Source: Octopus vulgaris
Lineage: Eukaryota
DNA length: 64,000 nt
Reading direction: 5' to 3'
NCBI GenBank assembly: GCA_951406725.2
Contig: OX597832.1
Coordinates: 34,348,001 to 34,412,000 of the forward strand
Positions 42,452 to 56,599 of this stretch are shown here, one piece after another. The notes beneath the pieces were generated by a model. That model worked only from the letters and a program-made list of their open reading frames with translations. It was not told the DNA's origin and did no database searches. Each line of letters opens with the position of its first letter. Position 1 is the stretch's first letter. The position numbers and the translations under genes are program-made.

Positions 42452-44118
42452 GATAGAAAGAGAAAGGGTCAGAGTAGGGCATATATATATATATATACCC
42501 TACTCTGACCCTTTCTCTTTCTATATATATATATAGATAGATAGATAAAGAGAGAGCAGGCGGGAATTATATAAAGGTAAATAGTGGACAGAAGAGAAAG
42601 GAGACAAGATAGGAATTATATAGAGATAGATAGATGAAGAGAGGGAGGCGGGAGGGAGAGAGAATGAATGAGGGCGAGAGTAGTACTGTAAAAATGTCAG
42701 AATATGTTTTAGCTCGAAAGAGCAGCTAAACATTTCCCTCACATCACAAAATCCCATCCTATTATACTAAAAGAGTAAAGGTGATGTGTGTGTAGGTGTG
42801 GATTACTGGAAACGTACTTGAAAAGAAAAAAAAATATCAAGAGTTCAGGTGGATAGTTACAGCTAGAATATCTTTGATAATGGGTCCTTCTGCTGTATCA
42901 AAGCTGGCCTTGGGCTAAACAACAGTCACACTAACAACGTCAACAGCAACAACAAGCGATCACGGAGTTTCCTGTTTTGCAGTGTTCGGTGTTAACATCT
43001 ATTCATGGGTAACACCAAGTCATGTGTTGTATTCCACTCGTTTAGTTTCACCGTTATACGCTAAAGTGCAAAACCGCACTCAGCATTATTTTCATCCCCA
43101 CTTTCAGCCCATCACCTTTGGGAATGGAAATGGTTTCTGATATTTTTCGTTTTCTGGTTTTCGTTTTCTTTGTTTTTTCTTTTTTTTTTCGAAATCGACA
43201 CAATACACCGAAAATATGAAGTAGGGTGGAGAGACTGAAAGAAAATAAATAAGGGTGAAAATAAATTCAAAAGAAAAGTTTCTTCGATATCAAAATATTA
43301 CATTTTCTCCAAATAAGCTTAAAAGCACTCCACATTACTATTACCATAGTCCCTGATCAAGTGTCCTTGCATTGGAAACTAAATACATGGGTTTGAAAAT
43401 GATTTTGCTAAAATTTCCTGAAATCCGTCATGGCTTGTAACGTCCCGTGCTGCAGTCACAATGGGTGTAAATGAGCTAACGAAAGGAATACTATCTATCT
43501 AGCCTTATATATACTTTGTCAGTGAACAGGTCGCGGATTTTAGCGACGAAAATATTTTGACAAATTAAACTTAAATGTTGGAGTGAATCGAACGGCTTTT
43601 GTGTGTTTCTTAAATGGCTTATAAACACCTTCCACGCTGCAATTGTTTTCGTTTCAGCACACGATCTCAGATCAAGTTACTTGCTATGCGAGTACATCTC
43701 CAATATATATATATATATATATATAAAGAGAGAAAGAGATGCCAAAAAACAGTTTTTTGCCTTCAACTAAACACAGAACACAGCATTTTTTTACCTCGCG
43801 AGAACGTCTCATATGGATTCTTGATGCGTAAAAGCACTCGAATTTATGTCGCTGACAGACGAGTGCCGTCTACAGCGGCCACTGAAACTACCAGGTTACG
43901 TGGTAAAGGGTATCTTTTATCTTGTTTAAGTTACTCTGTCAAGCGGTGTTGGTGGACAAACATAGACATAAAAACATACACGCAAACCCACACGCACGCA
44001 CAGACAGACAGACACACACACACACAACACGCGCACGCACACATACACATCAGAAGACAGATAGGTGTAAACATGACTGTTGAATGCACGAATTTCTACG
44101 TGTGTATATATATATATA

Positions 44119-45271
44119 CGTTTAAATATTTGTTGTGCAAGATTTTTTATGTGAAGTCGTGTGTTGAAACAGATATTGTTATATTTCGGAATGGTCATTT
44201 TGCCAGTTTAGCCAATAAAAACACACGCACTATATATTTGGTGTTATTTTGCTTCAGTGTTATTTATTTTTTACATTAATCTTAATCTTATTTCGGCTTG
44301 AGTTCTTTCGTCACACTCCTGTGACCGCATCAGTGGTCCTTTGTTTTATTCTTTCTTATTTGTGTCTCTCCTTATTAATCGTCAGCCATTTTGTATTTCT
44401 ATTGTATGTCTTCATTTGCGCATGCTTATATCTCTATGTGCGTCTATGTTTATTTAGTGTGTGTATGTGGGGGGGATGCCTGTAATATTTGTATCTTCTG
44501 TTTATATATGTTCATGTAATTTGTATTTGTTTTTGTTTTTGTTGCTTTTGTTTATTCTTATTTTGTTCATGTGTTTACATCCACTCATTATTATCATTAC
44601 ATATGCTTGTATGTATGTATAACAACAATACTAGTAATAATAATAATAAATCGAATCGAAAAATATATATATATATAGTTATTTATTTCTATTAGTTTAT
44701 TTATCTGTGTATTTATTATGTTTTCAGGATCCTCTATCGTCATATGTTGTGGTGTCTGTTAGTGTTCCATTCTAGTTTTCTATTCAGGCTAGGTTTATTT
44801 TCTATTGTGTGTAGCTTCTGTAATTTGTCTAATTGTTGCATCTGATTATTGTGTGGATAATATTTTAATTTCTATGTTATTGATTGATCCCCCGTGTTCC
44901 TGTTCGGCAAGTTGGTACAGAATCGATGAGCTTTTACCTTCCTTGAGTTGTCTCCAATGCTTATTTACCCGCTCTCCTATGCTTCTTGCCGTTTCCCCTA
45001 CGTATGTCGTTGTCTTGTTACTGCATCGTCCCTCTATACATCTTATACTATAGACTACATTTCTGGGTTTACAGTTTGTTTGTGGGCTAAATCTACATAC
45101 AGTACAGGGGGTTCTACTAAAAGGATAGGAGTGTGACGAAAGAACTCTGGCCGAAATAAGATTAAGATTAATGTAAAAAATAAATAACACTGAAGCAAAA
45201 TAACACCAAATATATAGTGCGTGTGTTTTTATTGGCTAAACTGGCAATATGACCATTCCGAAATATAACAA
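44119..45271 (-). mobile_element. Penelope-like element remnant: GIY-YIG fragment flanked by ~145-bp inverted repeats
   Basis: ORF 44846-45190: CKPRNVVYSIRC...TYVGETARSIGERVNKH; 44174-44319 is the reverse complement of 45127-45271. Confidence 0.8.
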
Positions 45272-45349
45272 TATATATATATATATGCATGTATCTATGT
45301 ATTTGCGTATGCATTTGTATACATATATGTACACACACATGTATATACA

Positions 45350-46180
45350 TAGGCATACCTTGGCTTAAGTCGTTTCGATTTAAGTCATTCTCCGATTATA
45401 CGTCGGTTTTCAAAAATAATATATGGAAAAATAAAAATCAAGTTAAGTCATTTTACTCGACTTTACGTCTGTCCGCCACAAATACTGGAATCGTAAAATC
45501 ACTAGAAAACCGTTAAAAGCACATAAAATCCTGTTACTGTACAATGAATAAGAATAAAATTATATTAAAATGCGTACAGTAAATGTTAAGATGCACACCA
45601 TAAAGTAGTGTAGCTTAGTGAACCAAATCATGAAATCAGTTGTGTTATCTTATCTATCGGTCTTTCGGAGCTCATATTGCACTATAGTTCTAATATCTAC
45701 CGTTAGGCGTCATTGTTACTCGTGATTCCAGCGATTGTTTTGAATTCAGATTTGTTTGTGTCTGTTTATTGGCTACTTTCTCATTCTCATTCATTTGTGA
45801 CTTTAATTTTTGCCCTCAAGTCTCCCAAGAAAATTCATAGTGAAAGTGCTACGCGCCATGCTATAACGTTCGAAGGTAAACTATAATAAGACGCCATGAA
45901 AAAGGTGAACAAGTGGTAGCAATTGCACGACCTTTTGGGATGAGTTGGACAACTGCATCGACGGCTGTACATGATAAGGATAAGAATTTAGCACTAATGG
46001 GTTTTTTTTAACCATGTATTATTGAAAATCCATTCATGAATAAAGTACAGAACTAAGAATGGTTATTATCAGTTTAGACTAGAGAAAGTAAATTCGACCA
46101 AGCCGAGCCTAGAGACAAGTTAACTCGACTTAAGTTGTATCTCCTGGAACCAATTAACGACGTAGGGTGAGGTATGCCTG
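45350..46180. mobile_element. Tc1/mariner (pogo/Tigger-like) non-autonomous element
   Basis: Imperfect TIRs taggcataccttggcttaagtcg / cgacgtagggtgaggtatgcctg in TA context. Confidence 0.6.
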
Positions 46181-47075
46181 TATATATTTGTTTGTGTATA
46201 TATATATATGTATGTGTGTGTGTGAGAGAGAGAGAGTATATTTATATATGTATGCATATACCACAGGTTTCCTCTCAGTTCCTATCCACCAAATTTCACT
46301 CAAAGGGCATCGGTCGGCTTAAGTTTATTGTAGAAGAATCTTACAAAATGTTCCGTCCAGTAAGAGTGAAACAGAAACCACGTTGATGTATATCGACGTT
46401 CTTATCCACTCAACCATGCCTAAAATTTAGTCACATACTGTCATAAATGAAATTTATAGATAACTAAAATAAATGACATTAAATACATTGAATGATAAAT
46501 AAAAATTAAATAAATTCAGGACATTGAATTTATATGGACTTAGGGATACATGAATACTGTAATATATTAGGACATTGCGGCTCATATTTTTAAATTGGAA
46601 GGTCATAAACTTGTTCAAAATATATGTAGGTGGTTTCTATTTGACAGGATAGCATGCAATAAATTTACAAGTTTTATTATTAGAATTTTTTAAAAATATA
46701 AATTTTAGCTTGAAAAGAAAAAAAACTGAAACAAAAGGCAATTTCAAACTAAAATTGTATTAATTGTGACGTATATAAAATTGTACAATAAATATCTACA
46801 TGTATATGCATGTAGATAGACAGACAACAGACAGACAGATAGGTAGATACATACATATTTCATTTTCTGCATAAATATACATATTAGTACTCTTTTATAT
46901 GTATCTATGAAGATATATAGATTGACAGATAGATATAGCACACGCAAACGCCAATGCACACACACAATATATATATGAAAAACTAGTCAAAATAGAATAT
47001 GCTAAAATAATTTTATAAAGAACATTTCAGTACCGGTTTCGGTCATTTTGAGACCTTATATATATATAGTTATCT

Positions 47076-47125
<50 letters not shown>

Positions 47126-47689
47126 GAAATTTATAGAAAAACAAAAGACGAAGACAGGTGTATAGCAACAACCAAGTGTATTGGTTTGACGCTCGGGAAA
47201 ATGAAAAAAGTACTTTACGTTTCGAGTCTACGCTCTTCAGCAGAAAGGAATAAGAGAAAATAAACAGAGAGAGAGAGAGAGAACGAAAAAAAACTTGTAG
47301 ATTTAGCGGTCAATTGAACAATGCAATCATTACATCAATCTAAAATGCAGGGCAATCTTCAGCTGCACAAAGACATAGCATTTAATTAAATTAGAACAGA
47401 TGGACACATTAGTATAATTATATTTAAAATCTCCAAGAAGTTAAGGAGATAGGCAAAGAGCATGCTGCCTCACTCCAGTTTAGAAGTTACTGAATTTTCA
47501 AGATATATGCATGAGAATATATACATAAAACATACAATTTATACAAATCTGTACATACACACACACACACACACACACACACTGTAAATGAATGAAAACT
47601 TCACGTAATTCTTTCTGTTTCGCTCCATCAGCAACAACGGTTTCGCTGTGTAATAATCATAAATATTGCTAAAACAATATATTGGATGG

Positions 47690-48330
47690 GCAGGGCGTTG
47701 AGCTGGCAGAATCGTTAGAACGCCGGGCGAAATGCTTAGCGGTATTCCGTCTACCGCTACCTTCTGAGTTCAAATTCCGTCGAGGTCGACTTTGCCTTTC
47801 ATCTTTTCGGGATCGATTAAATAAGTACCAGTTACGCACTGGGGGCGATATAATCGACTTAATCCGTTTGTCTGTCCTTGTTTGTCCTCTCTGTGTTTAG
47901 CCCCCTGTGGGTAGTAAAGAAATAGGTATTTCGTCTGCCGTTACGTTCTGAGTTCAAATTTCGCTGAGGTCGACTTAGCCTTTCATCCTTTTGGGGTCGA
48001 TGAAATAAATACCTACTTCTTTACTACCCACAAGGGGCTAAACACAGAGAGGACAAACAAGGACAGACAAACGGATTAAATCGCTTGTATCGACACCAGT
48101 GCGTAACTGCTACTTATTTAATCCACCCCGAAAGGATGAAAGGCAAAGTCGACCTCGGCGGAATTTTAACTCAGAACGTAACGGCAGACGAAATACCGCT
48201 GAGTATTTCGCCCAGCGTGCTAACGATTCTACCACTAGTTACGCACTGGAGTTAATGTAACCGACTTTATTCCTTTGTCTGACCTTGTCTGTCCCCTCTA
48301 TGTTTAGCTTCCTGTGGGCAATAAAGAAAT
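47690..48330. mobile_element. Cluster of SINE family B copies including a tail-to-tail inverted pair
   Basis: 47690-47929 (+) and 48007-48235 (-) are near reverse complements, with a partial copy between them. Confidence 0.85.
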
Positions 48331-48369
48331 ATCTTGGATGGGCCTCATCTGAATGCGGGCGTTGAAGAA

Positions 48370-48630
48370 GGGTGACTGTGTTGCAAAACGTTTGCTTCCC
48401 AACCACATGGTTCCGTGCGTGTGTGTGTTTGCGTCCTCCACCACCGCTTGACAACCGGTGCTAATTTGTCTACGTCTCCATGAAATAGCGGTTCAGCAAA
48501 AGGAGTCGGATAGAAAAGTACCAGGCTAAAACAAGTACCGAGATCGATTCATGAGACTAAAATATTCTTCGGGGCCGTGCCCCAGCATGACCGCAGCCTA
48601 ATAACCGAAACAAGTAAATCATAAAAAGAC
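48370..48630 (+). mobile_element. SINE family A, degraded
   Basis: cccaaccacatggttcc, gcttgacaaccggtgct, gtgccccagcatgaccgcag..gaaacaagta. Confidence 0.65.
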
Positions 48631-48949
48631 TAAAAAGAAGTACTAAAAATCGAACTGTCAGCTCAAGCTCCGCGTGTCAAGACATTACCACAACCCCTAC
48701 TGCAGCCGCTGTCGCTACTGCTGCTTATACTACTAAATTAAGGGGAAAATAAACAATGTCAGCAGAAAGAGGGGGCAGGAGGGGAGGAGGAGGAGGAGGA
48801 AATAGTTTGGTTGTAATAATAAACAGTTAAATAAATCTTTAAGAAACATAAGATATCATTTATATTCGGGCGGATAGTTTTTGCCAGGACTAAAAACTTT
48901 AGAATCATAAAACATATAAACATACATACCATGCATACATGTGTATGTA

Positions 48950-48999
<50 letters not shown>

Positions 49000-49680
49000 A
49001 ATAAAAAATATAGATATATGAACATACATACATATCTAACAAAATGTAGTTCGGATATTGAAGACCATTATTTAGTCATAAACATAATGAGGGGGAAAAA
49101 ACAGAAGAAAACATAAGCCATTCTCACAAAACAATAATGAAAAAAAAAACTGTTAGAAAACAAAATAACACATTTAACAACAACAAAAATAACAGAGAGC
49201 AACGGTTTCTTTTCTCCAATCATTTTCTTACGGTCTGGTAAGTTTAATATAAATTTGACTACTGAATTGCTCGCTGGTTGATGAGGGAAAGTTTTGACGC
49301 CGGTAATTTCCTAGGCGAATCAAATCTATTTAAATAAATGATTTAATTTTGCCAGTTCATAAGGCCTTGTACAAACGTATTAATATTTAGAACGACACAT
49401 CTTCACTCTCGATCCCAAATGGATCCAAGGTGTCGATGAAGTTTTTGGTGTAGTAGTTGTTTTTGTTGATACTATTTAACCCAATATCAACCCAAATTGA
49501 GCCAATCAATGATCAAATACTTTGCAGATTGATTGTCCCGTATGACTGCAAATCAAGACATACATCGTTCGCGTGTATTGCTTCATTTTTTAAAATTCAA
49601 AACATCTCCGGTATGAAAAACAGCGCAAGTAAATAAGAGTACAAAAAAATTCTATGCTTAAGAAGAAACAATAGAGAATT

Positions 49681-49714
49681 TAACGTTTCGGTTTATTGTC
49701 CATCGTCAGAAAAC
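49681..49714 (-). ncRNA. Minimal hammerhead-like motif
   Basis: Reverse complement gtttt-CTGACGA-tgg(acaataaa)cc-GAAA-cgtta; palindromic stem III AACGTT. Confidence 0.4.
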
Positions 49715-49789
49715 ATGAAGTAGATCAGTGAAATGTTCTCAACTGTTTGGACTTCGAAAGAAAATGACTAAAAAGCAACAAGTAAAGTA

Positions 49790-50186
49790 CAGGTAGCTGT
49801 GAAGTAAGGAAATTTGCTTCTTAGCCACATCGTTCCTGGTTCAGGCACACTTTGGAGAGTGTCTTCTACTTCAGCATCGGGCCGACCGAAGCCTTCTGAG
49901 TGGATTTGGTAGACAGAAACTGAATGAATCCCATGTCGTATATATATATATATATATGCACGTGTGTGAGTGTATGAGTGTTTGTGTTTTCACAACCACC
50001 ATTTGACAGCCGGTGCTAGTGTGTTTACGTCCCCGTAACATATCGGTTCAGCAAAAGAGACCAATAGACTAAGTACGAAACTTAAAAATAAAAATAAGTT
50101 CTGGGTTCGATTCATTCAGCTAAAATTCTTGAAGGCGATGCCCCTGCAGGGCCGCAGTCTAATGACTGAAACACGTAAAAGATAAA
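49790..50186 (+). mobile_element. SINE family A, older copy
   Basis: gggccgaccgaagcctt..gagtggatttggtagacagaaactga, internal TA/TG, aaggcgatgcccctgcagggccgcagtctaatgactgaaac. Confidence 0.75.
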
Positions 50187-51832
50187 GGTGCTGGCCAACA
50201 AAAGTAAAAGAGCGAAATGATGTGTCACTACCAATAAATACACTAGAGCTAATGCTAACAATAACTCCTACCCCGATACTAAACTCAACTCTAATCCTAA
50301 CCCCAACACTAACGCTAATCTTATCTCTAATCCGAACACTAGATTTAACCTTCATCCTTTGCCTGTCCTGTGCATCACATGTGATACACAAGACTATTTC
50401 TCTGGTGTCCATGCATTATATACGATACACATTCCCAATTTTTTTCAGTTACCAGAATATTTTGGCGGTTTATTAAAAGGAAGCTTTATTATTACTCACA
50501 GCATATGAAACAAGGGTTAACTAAAAGTCTGAAAACAAGCACGGGTGTTTAGAACACGCTTTTCACAGGCAAAGGGTTAGCACTTATACTTACGATAACT
50601 CAACCCAACATTAACCTTAAATCTAACACAAGCCTTATCCCTGGCTTTAACACTAACCTAAACTCTAATCTCCCAATCTTAAATCTAGTTCTAAGCTTCA
50701 CCCTAACCAAAATACCAATCTTAACACTTATCCTAATGCTACCTTAAGGTCTCATCCTAAATCTAGCACTAACATTAAGTCCAACCTTAACCTAATCCTT
50801 ATTTACCATCTAACTCACCATGATTCTATCCCTAAAACTGACCCTAACACGAACTCTTACAAATTACTTCAAAAGGTCTGCAAATTTTCGTTTATTCGAC
50901 AAATTGGAACATCGTTAATTCTCGTAAAGTTGAAAACTGCAGAATATTGAGTTATTCAACACCACCAGCAGCCGCAGAGAAACATGTGACCATCCATACG
51001 TTTCTATCGTTTCTTCGTAAAATACAAGAGACGACATAACATGAATGTATTTTTGCTACAGTTGCATTCATCATACTCTCGTTATTCTGCATGCTGCAAC
51101 GCCGATACCATAGCAACAGAATAACTCACGAGGGAGAATTTACGTGAGTGCAGTTTTTACATGGCAGCTAGTTACGTAAACGAGTGGCGGGGTGGCGACA
51201 GAAGTAGCGGCAGTGGCGGCGGCGGTGGTGGTGGTGGTGGTGGTGGTGGTTGTGGTAGTCGTCGTCGTCGTCGTCATTGTGGTGCTGGTGGTGATGGTTC
51301 TGGTGGCAGCATTTGCGGTGATGGTGAAGGAGAATTCCCTTATACCTTACCTTCAAAATATCATACCGTTTTCGTAACGGACGGACTTAATTTCATTCAA
51401 CGTGGAAAATTAGCAATTGTGTAATTTTTGAAGTGTATAATTACTAGTAGTTAATAAATATTGATTATCTAAAAATAGTTAATTAGAAATGAGAATCGTG
51501 AAGGAAACACTTTCTATTCAGGTTAGGGTATAACAAGAATTTTTAATTACTGCTCAACCAATGAGTCTTTTTTATTTGTGGTTGTTGTACATGTTAACGG
51601 TAGAGTATCTGCAATGTCATTAGGCCTTTCAATTATTTCGGTATGAAGACCCCTATTAACATGGCGGCTTTAAGTTGGAAAGGCATTCAGCAAATGAAAG
51701 CCATTCAATTGGAAACGTTCATAAAGATTCGCTTGACAATGCTATCACAAGCCTCACCTAAAAACAAAAAAAAAAGGAAAAAACACTGTCGAAATACGTA
51801 CGTGTGAGCGTATATATATATGTATATGTAGG

Positions 51833-51866
<34 letters not shown>

Positions 51867-51982
51867 TGTATAGATGTGTGTGTGACTGTATGAATAGATA
51901 TATATGTATAGGTATATACATACACATATATATATATATACATATATATATGCATTCATTATATGTATATGTATCTCTCTCT

Positions 51983-52039
<57 letters not shown>

Positions 52040-53056
52040 AAAGCGGGAGAGAGATGGACGGAATGAGAGAGAGAGGACATAAAGATAGAGGGAGATTGAT
52101 GGGACAAGCAGACCGACAGATATACATGTATATGCACATACATATTTACACACCCACATTCGTGCATAGATATGCATGTACGTATATACATACACACACA
52201 TATGCACACATATATATTTATACATGTATAATATATGTATGAAGATACATATGTGTGTGTGTATGTAAAGATAGATAGGTAGATAGATAGGGAGAGAGAG
52301 AAACAGATAGGCAGACAGACGGACTGGCAGACATACAGACAGGCAGTCAGACAGAACAACTTCTTTCGCGTCACCTTTGTTCTCTGTGCTGAAAGAAATT
52401 CTTGTAAAGCACAAGGCCAGGACCAGGATACACCCCTACCTCATCATCAACACCATCGCCGCCATCATCAGCACCACAATCTTCAAAGCCATCCCCAGCA
52501 AAACCCCCGACTCTACCAACTCTAACACTAGCACTGAGAACACCAACACCACCAACAGCACCACCATTAGAAACGCAATCAGAAATACCACCACCCCAAC
52601 ACCACCACTACTACCATTTCCTGCAACACCACCACCGCCACCTTCACTAACCTAACTGCCACCACCACACCTCCATCCCCTATATCAACATCGCTACCGA
52701 GACCAGAAGCACCATCAAAAATAAATTCCAGCGCACAACTCTTCATCATTCCAACTCTATCTGCGAAAACCGCTACTTTTGTTCCTTCTTCACCATTTTT
52801 ACTTGTTATTCCTGCAATCATTGTTTGGTTTTGGTTCGATTCTGTTTAGCTATCTACCCTTCGTTTGTTCTTATATTTGCTTTCTTTTTTATTCTTCTAA
52901 AAGCGACCAATTAATTGTATTGAATGACAAAAATAAACCAACTTGAAGGTAAAAATTCGCAGAGCTTCGCTAGTGTTCTTCACAATACTTCTTATTTAAC
53001 AGATCGTTCGGTCGACCATTTGTTCATTTTGTTAAATCAACTTTCTCTCTCTCTCC

Positions 53057-53102
<46 letters not shown>

Positions 53103-53543
53103 CCGCTTATCTGTCTCCTCTTTCTCTTTATCGATAGATACACATATATATGTGTGTGTGCGTATATATATACATAAACATATGCATATATATATATATA
53201 TATGTAGATACATGTCCAAATATGTCTGCATTGACTGTTGTCCCTTGCTTTCTGTCCCTTTTTATATTCTTCTGGTTCAAGAAAATTATTTTATCATTGC
53301 TTCTGGGTGAATATTTTTTCCTTCATACCTCAAAAGTGGCTGCATATTAACAAGCAACAATAACAGCAAAAATAAAATCAACAACAACAAAACGCAGTAA
53401 TACAAGAAGCAGGAGGTGGAATTAGAGAAGGAGGGGGAGAAGGAGCATAAGCGTTTCCACAAGGGCGGCTTTTTGGGGACAGTATGAAAGAAGCGTTGCA
53501 CAAAACAGCGAGGATGGAGAAATTATTATATCGAGTGAAAGAG

Positions 53544-53577
<34 letters not shown>

Positions 53578-53827
53578 TGGAGGCTAAAACTAAAAATAAA
53601 ACGTGTGAAGCATTCATAAGTCAGTTAAGCTTAATTCTTGAAATAAATATTGAAATGATGCCAAAACTCGAAGACAAGAAAGTTATTGATGCCTGTGTGT
53701 GTGTGTGTTTGCGTAAGTGTGTGTAAGTGTGTGTGTGTGTGTGTGTGTGGAGATAGATTGATATCGATATAGATATATACATACATGCACACATAGTACT
53801 AATGTATATATCTGTTAACTATCTATG

Positions 53828-53873
<46 letters not shown>

Positions 53874-54553
53874 AAGAGAGAGAGAGAGATACATACGTGT
53901 GTATGTGTGTTTGTATGTATCTATGAATGAAAGAATGGAGATAATGTATGTATGAACGATGATATAAACTCAGCCATAATTCTAAGATAGTTTCCAAAAC
54001 AAGCCACAGCACTCTTCACCGCCCAACCACCATCAAGACTACCAACAATACCAATAACACCATCACCACAACCAATAGAACCAACAGAAAAATCGAGAAA
54101 CAAACCCCAAAAAAAAAACAAGACCAGAAAGAAAACGAAATTTAAAAAGAACAATAAACAAAAGCATTCAAGTGAGAAGCAAATCATGGTTCAGTCATGC
54201 GCAGTGATGCAATGTGTTACAACAGCGACTTGTGGAGGACATTATCGAATTTGCCGCAGTGGTTTTCGTACTCTCACTAATCAATCGATCAATCAATTTA
54301 TCGATATTTATTGGATTCATATGCAAGTATCATAAAGTGAATTGTTTTGACTTCTTTTCGTCCGATTCAGTTTCTGTAAGTTCGTTTATTGTTATCTTTT
54401 AAGAGCCTTTAACATGAACCTTGAGTTGTGATTGGTCACCGGATTTAAAAGTTCAACCGCTACAGCGGAACAATCGTCAATGTCGTAGCTTTTTCGGCGT
54501 TATCGAGAACAACTTCGGATAGAGTGATGTGCATTATATACATACATACACAC

Positions 54554-54642
<89 letters not shown>

Positions 54643-55107
54643 AATCAAACATTCTATAATTATAAACATAATTATAATCAGGAGTCAGTTAATTGTTTCA
54701 CCACGCACCGAATTTAGAAATAGGAGCTAAAATGCCTTTTCTGCTACCATAAAGATCTCCCAAACAGTAACACAGTGTGTGGCGAAGCAATTAACTGACC
54801 CCTGATTATAATTGTTTAAAATTATAGAATATTTGTATGATTTTACGTAAAAAGGTTATTTTAACATACCGAGCTAATTGGTAAAATTATTAATTATTAA
54901 TTGATTAATTGATTTTACCCTTTTAGTATTATTGACATATAAATCAAACACATATGTCTCAGTGTGTGCCTATGTGCGTCTGTGTCCGTGGGTTTGGGTT
55001 GTGCGTGTGTCTGTGCGTGTGTATCCATGCGTATGTGTTTTCTACCTCAGGGTTTCTCCAACTCTTTTAAAAACGTTCTTAAAGGGCTGCCTTTTTTTCC
55101 TATTACT

Positions 55108-55169
<62 letters not shown>

Positions 55170-56058
55170 ATATCCATATATCCGATAGATCGATCGATCT
55201 CTTAAAACAATTAAAGAAGCGAAGATAGATAATCTTCGCTTCTTTAATTGTTTCTGTTTACTCCTTTATTCCTTCATTATCTCTCTGTCTCATATTTTCC
55301 GAAATCCGAAACAATCACCTCCTTGCCTGTTAGCACAAACACATATTATTCTTGTCCCATAGTCGCAAAACATTATTCGGTTACTTATTTCTTCTGTTAA
55401 GGGCCGTTCTTATTCGTTTCTCCGTTATTTATCATTTATCATTTTCCCGTTGTCTTCATAACACCTCTTGATTTACCGTCTGGTCTACAGACTACATCTG
55501 TTCCTGTTGTATTTGTCAATCAATTTCCTGTTCGTTTTCGCAATTCATGTTTGCTCATTTCTATACCAGCACCTTCCCATGCAAACACCGCAAAATTTAA
55601 GTCTATGTTCGTAGGTGTCAAAATTCTAGTGACATTCGGTCGATAACTGACAAAGTATTAAGCATGTTCGTGACTATAATGTGCTTGAAATGTTGTTCTT
55701 CCAAATGTTCCTTTGTCGTTCCGTGTGCGAAACTTTTATCAATATAGATGTACATATTTCTATGAGTTTGTGAGTTCGTGCATATGACATAAGGTTTCTT
55801 ACGACCGATTCCGATTCCAATGTTAGTCGGTGCTATCGAAACATGGCGTTTCATCAGGCCGAATACAAATGCGTAAAATAAAGTGATTCTTTAAATTTGA
55901 TTCCTGATAAACTTTTGTTTATTCTGTTGTTACCTGTACACTATGAGCATAGTGTGCCTGTATACGCATCCCCAGGGATAGCACAGATAATTGATGCCGA
56001 TAGTAAATACGGATATTATTATCCCTTAGACGGTTACTACAACCGCTAATTCTGCTTG

Positions 56059-56095
<37 letters not shown>

Positions 56096-56313
56096 GCGTG
56101 TCTGTGTGTTTGTGTGTGCATGTATGTATGTATTATGTATTTATGTATATATACATATATATATATATGGAGCTGCCTGAAATGGCCGTAATGCACTAAT
56201 ACCTTGTTATCCTTGTTACTTACTTGCTTTTTATACACATATATAAACATATATACATATGTACACACACACATACATATATATATGTACATATGTATAT
56301 ATGAACTCTCACA

Positions 56314-56359
<46 letters not shown>

Positions 56360-56599
56360 AATAAGGGGAAAGTGAACTTCTGCGGAGAGGGAAAATACAC
56401 GTCTCGGGCACAATCTTTTTTCAGAGGAAGAGTCGAAAGGAAAGAAAGTAATTAGGCACTTCTCGTTCACGTATAAAATCTCACGTGATCCTGAATTCCT
56501 TATCACTTACAGCCAGTCTTTCTTAACTCAGAGACTGTAAAATTCTGCTGTCTCTCATTACTTTCTCTCCGTCTGTTTTCTCCTGAAGAAGAACTCTGT

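Noticed and set aside
51161-52821. Gly-rich and Thr/Pro-rich ORFs
   Set aside because: Decayed (GGT)n/(ACC)n trinucleotide repeats; no domain or splice support
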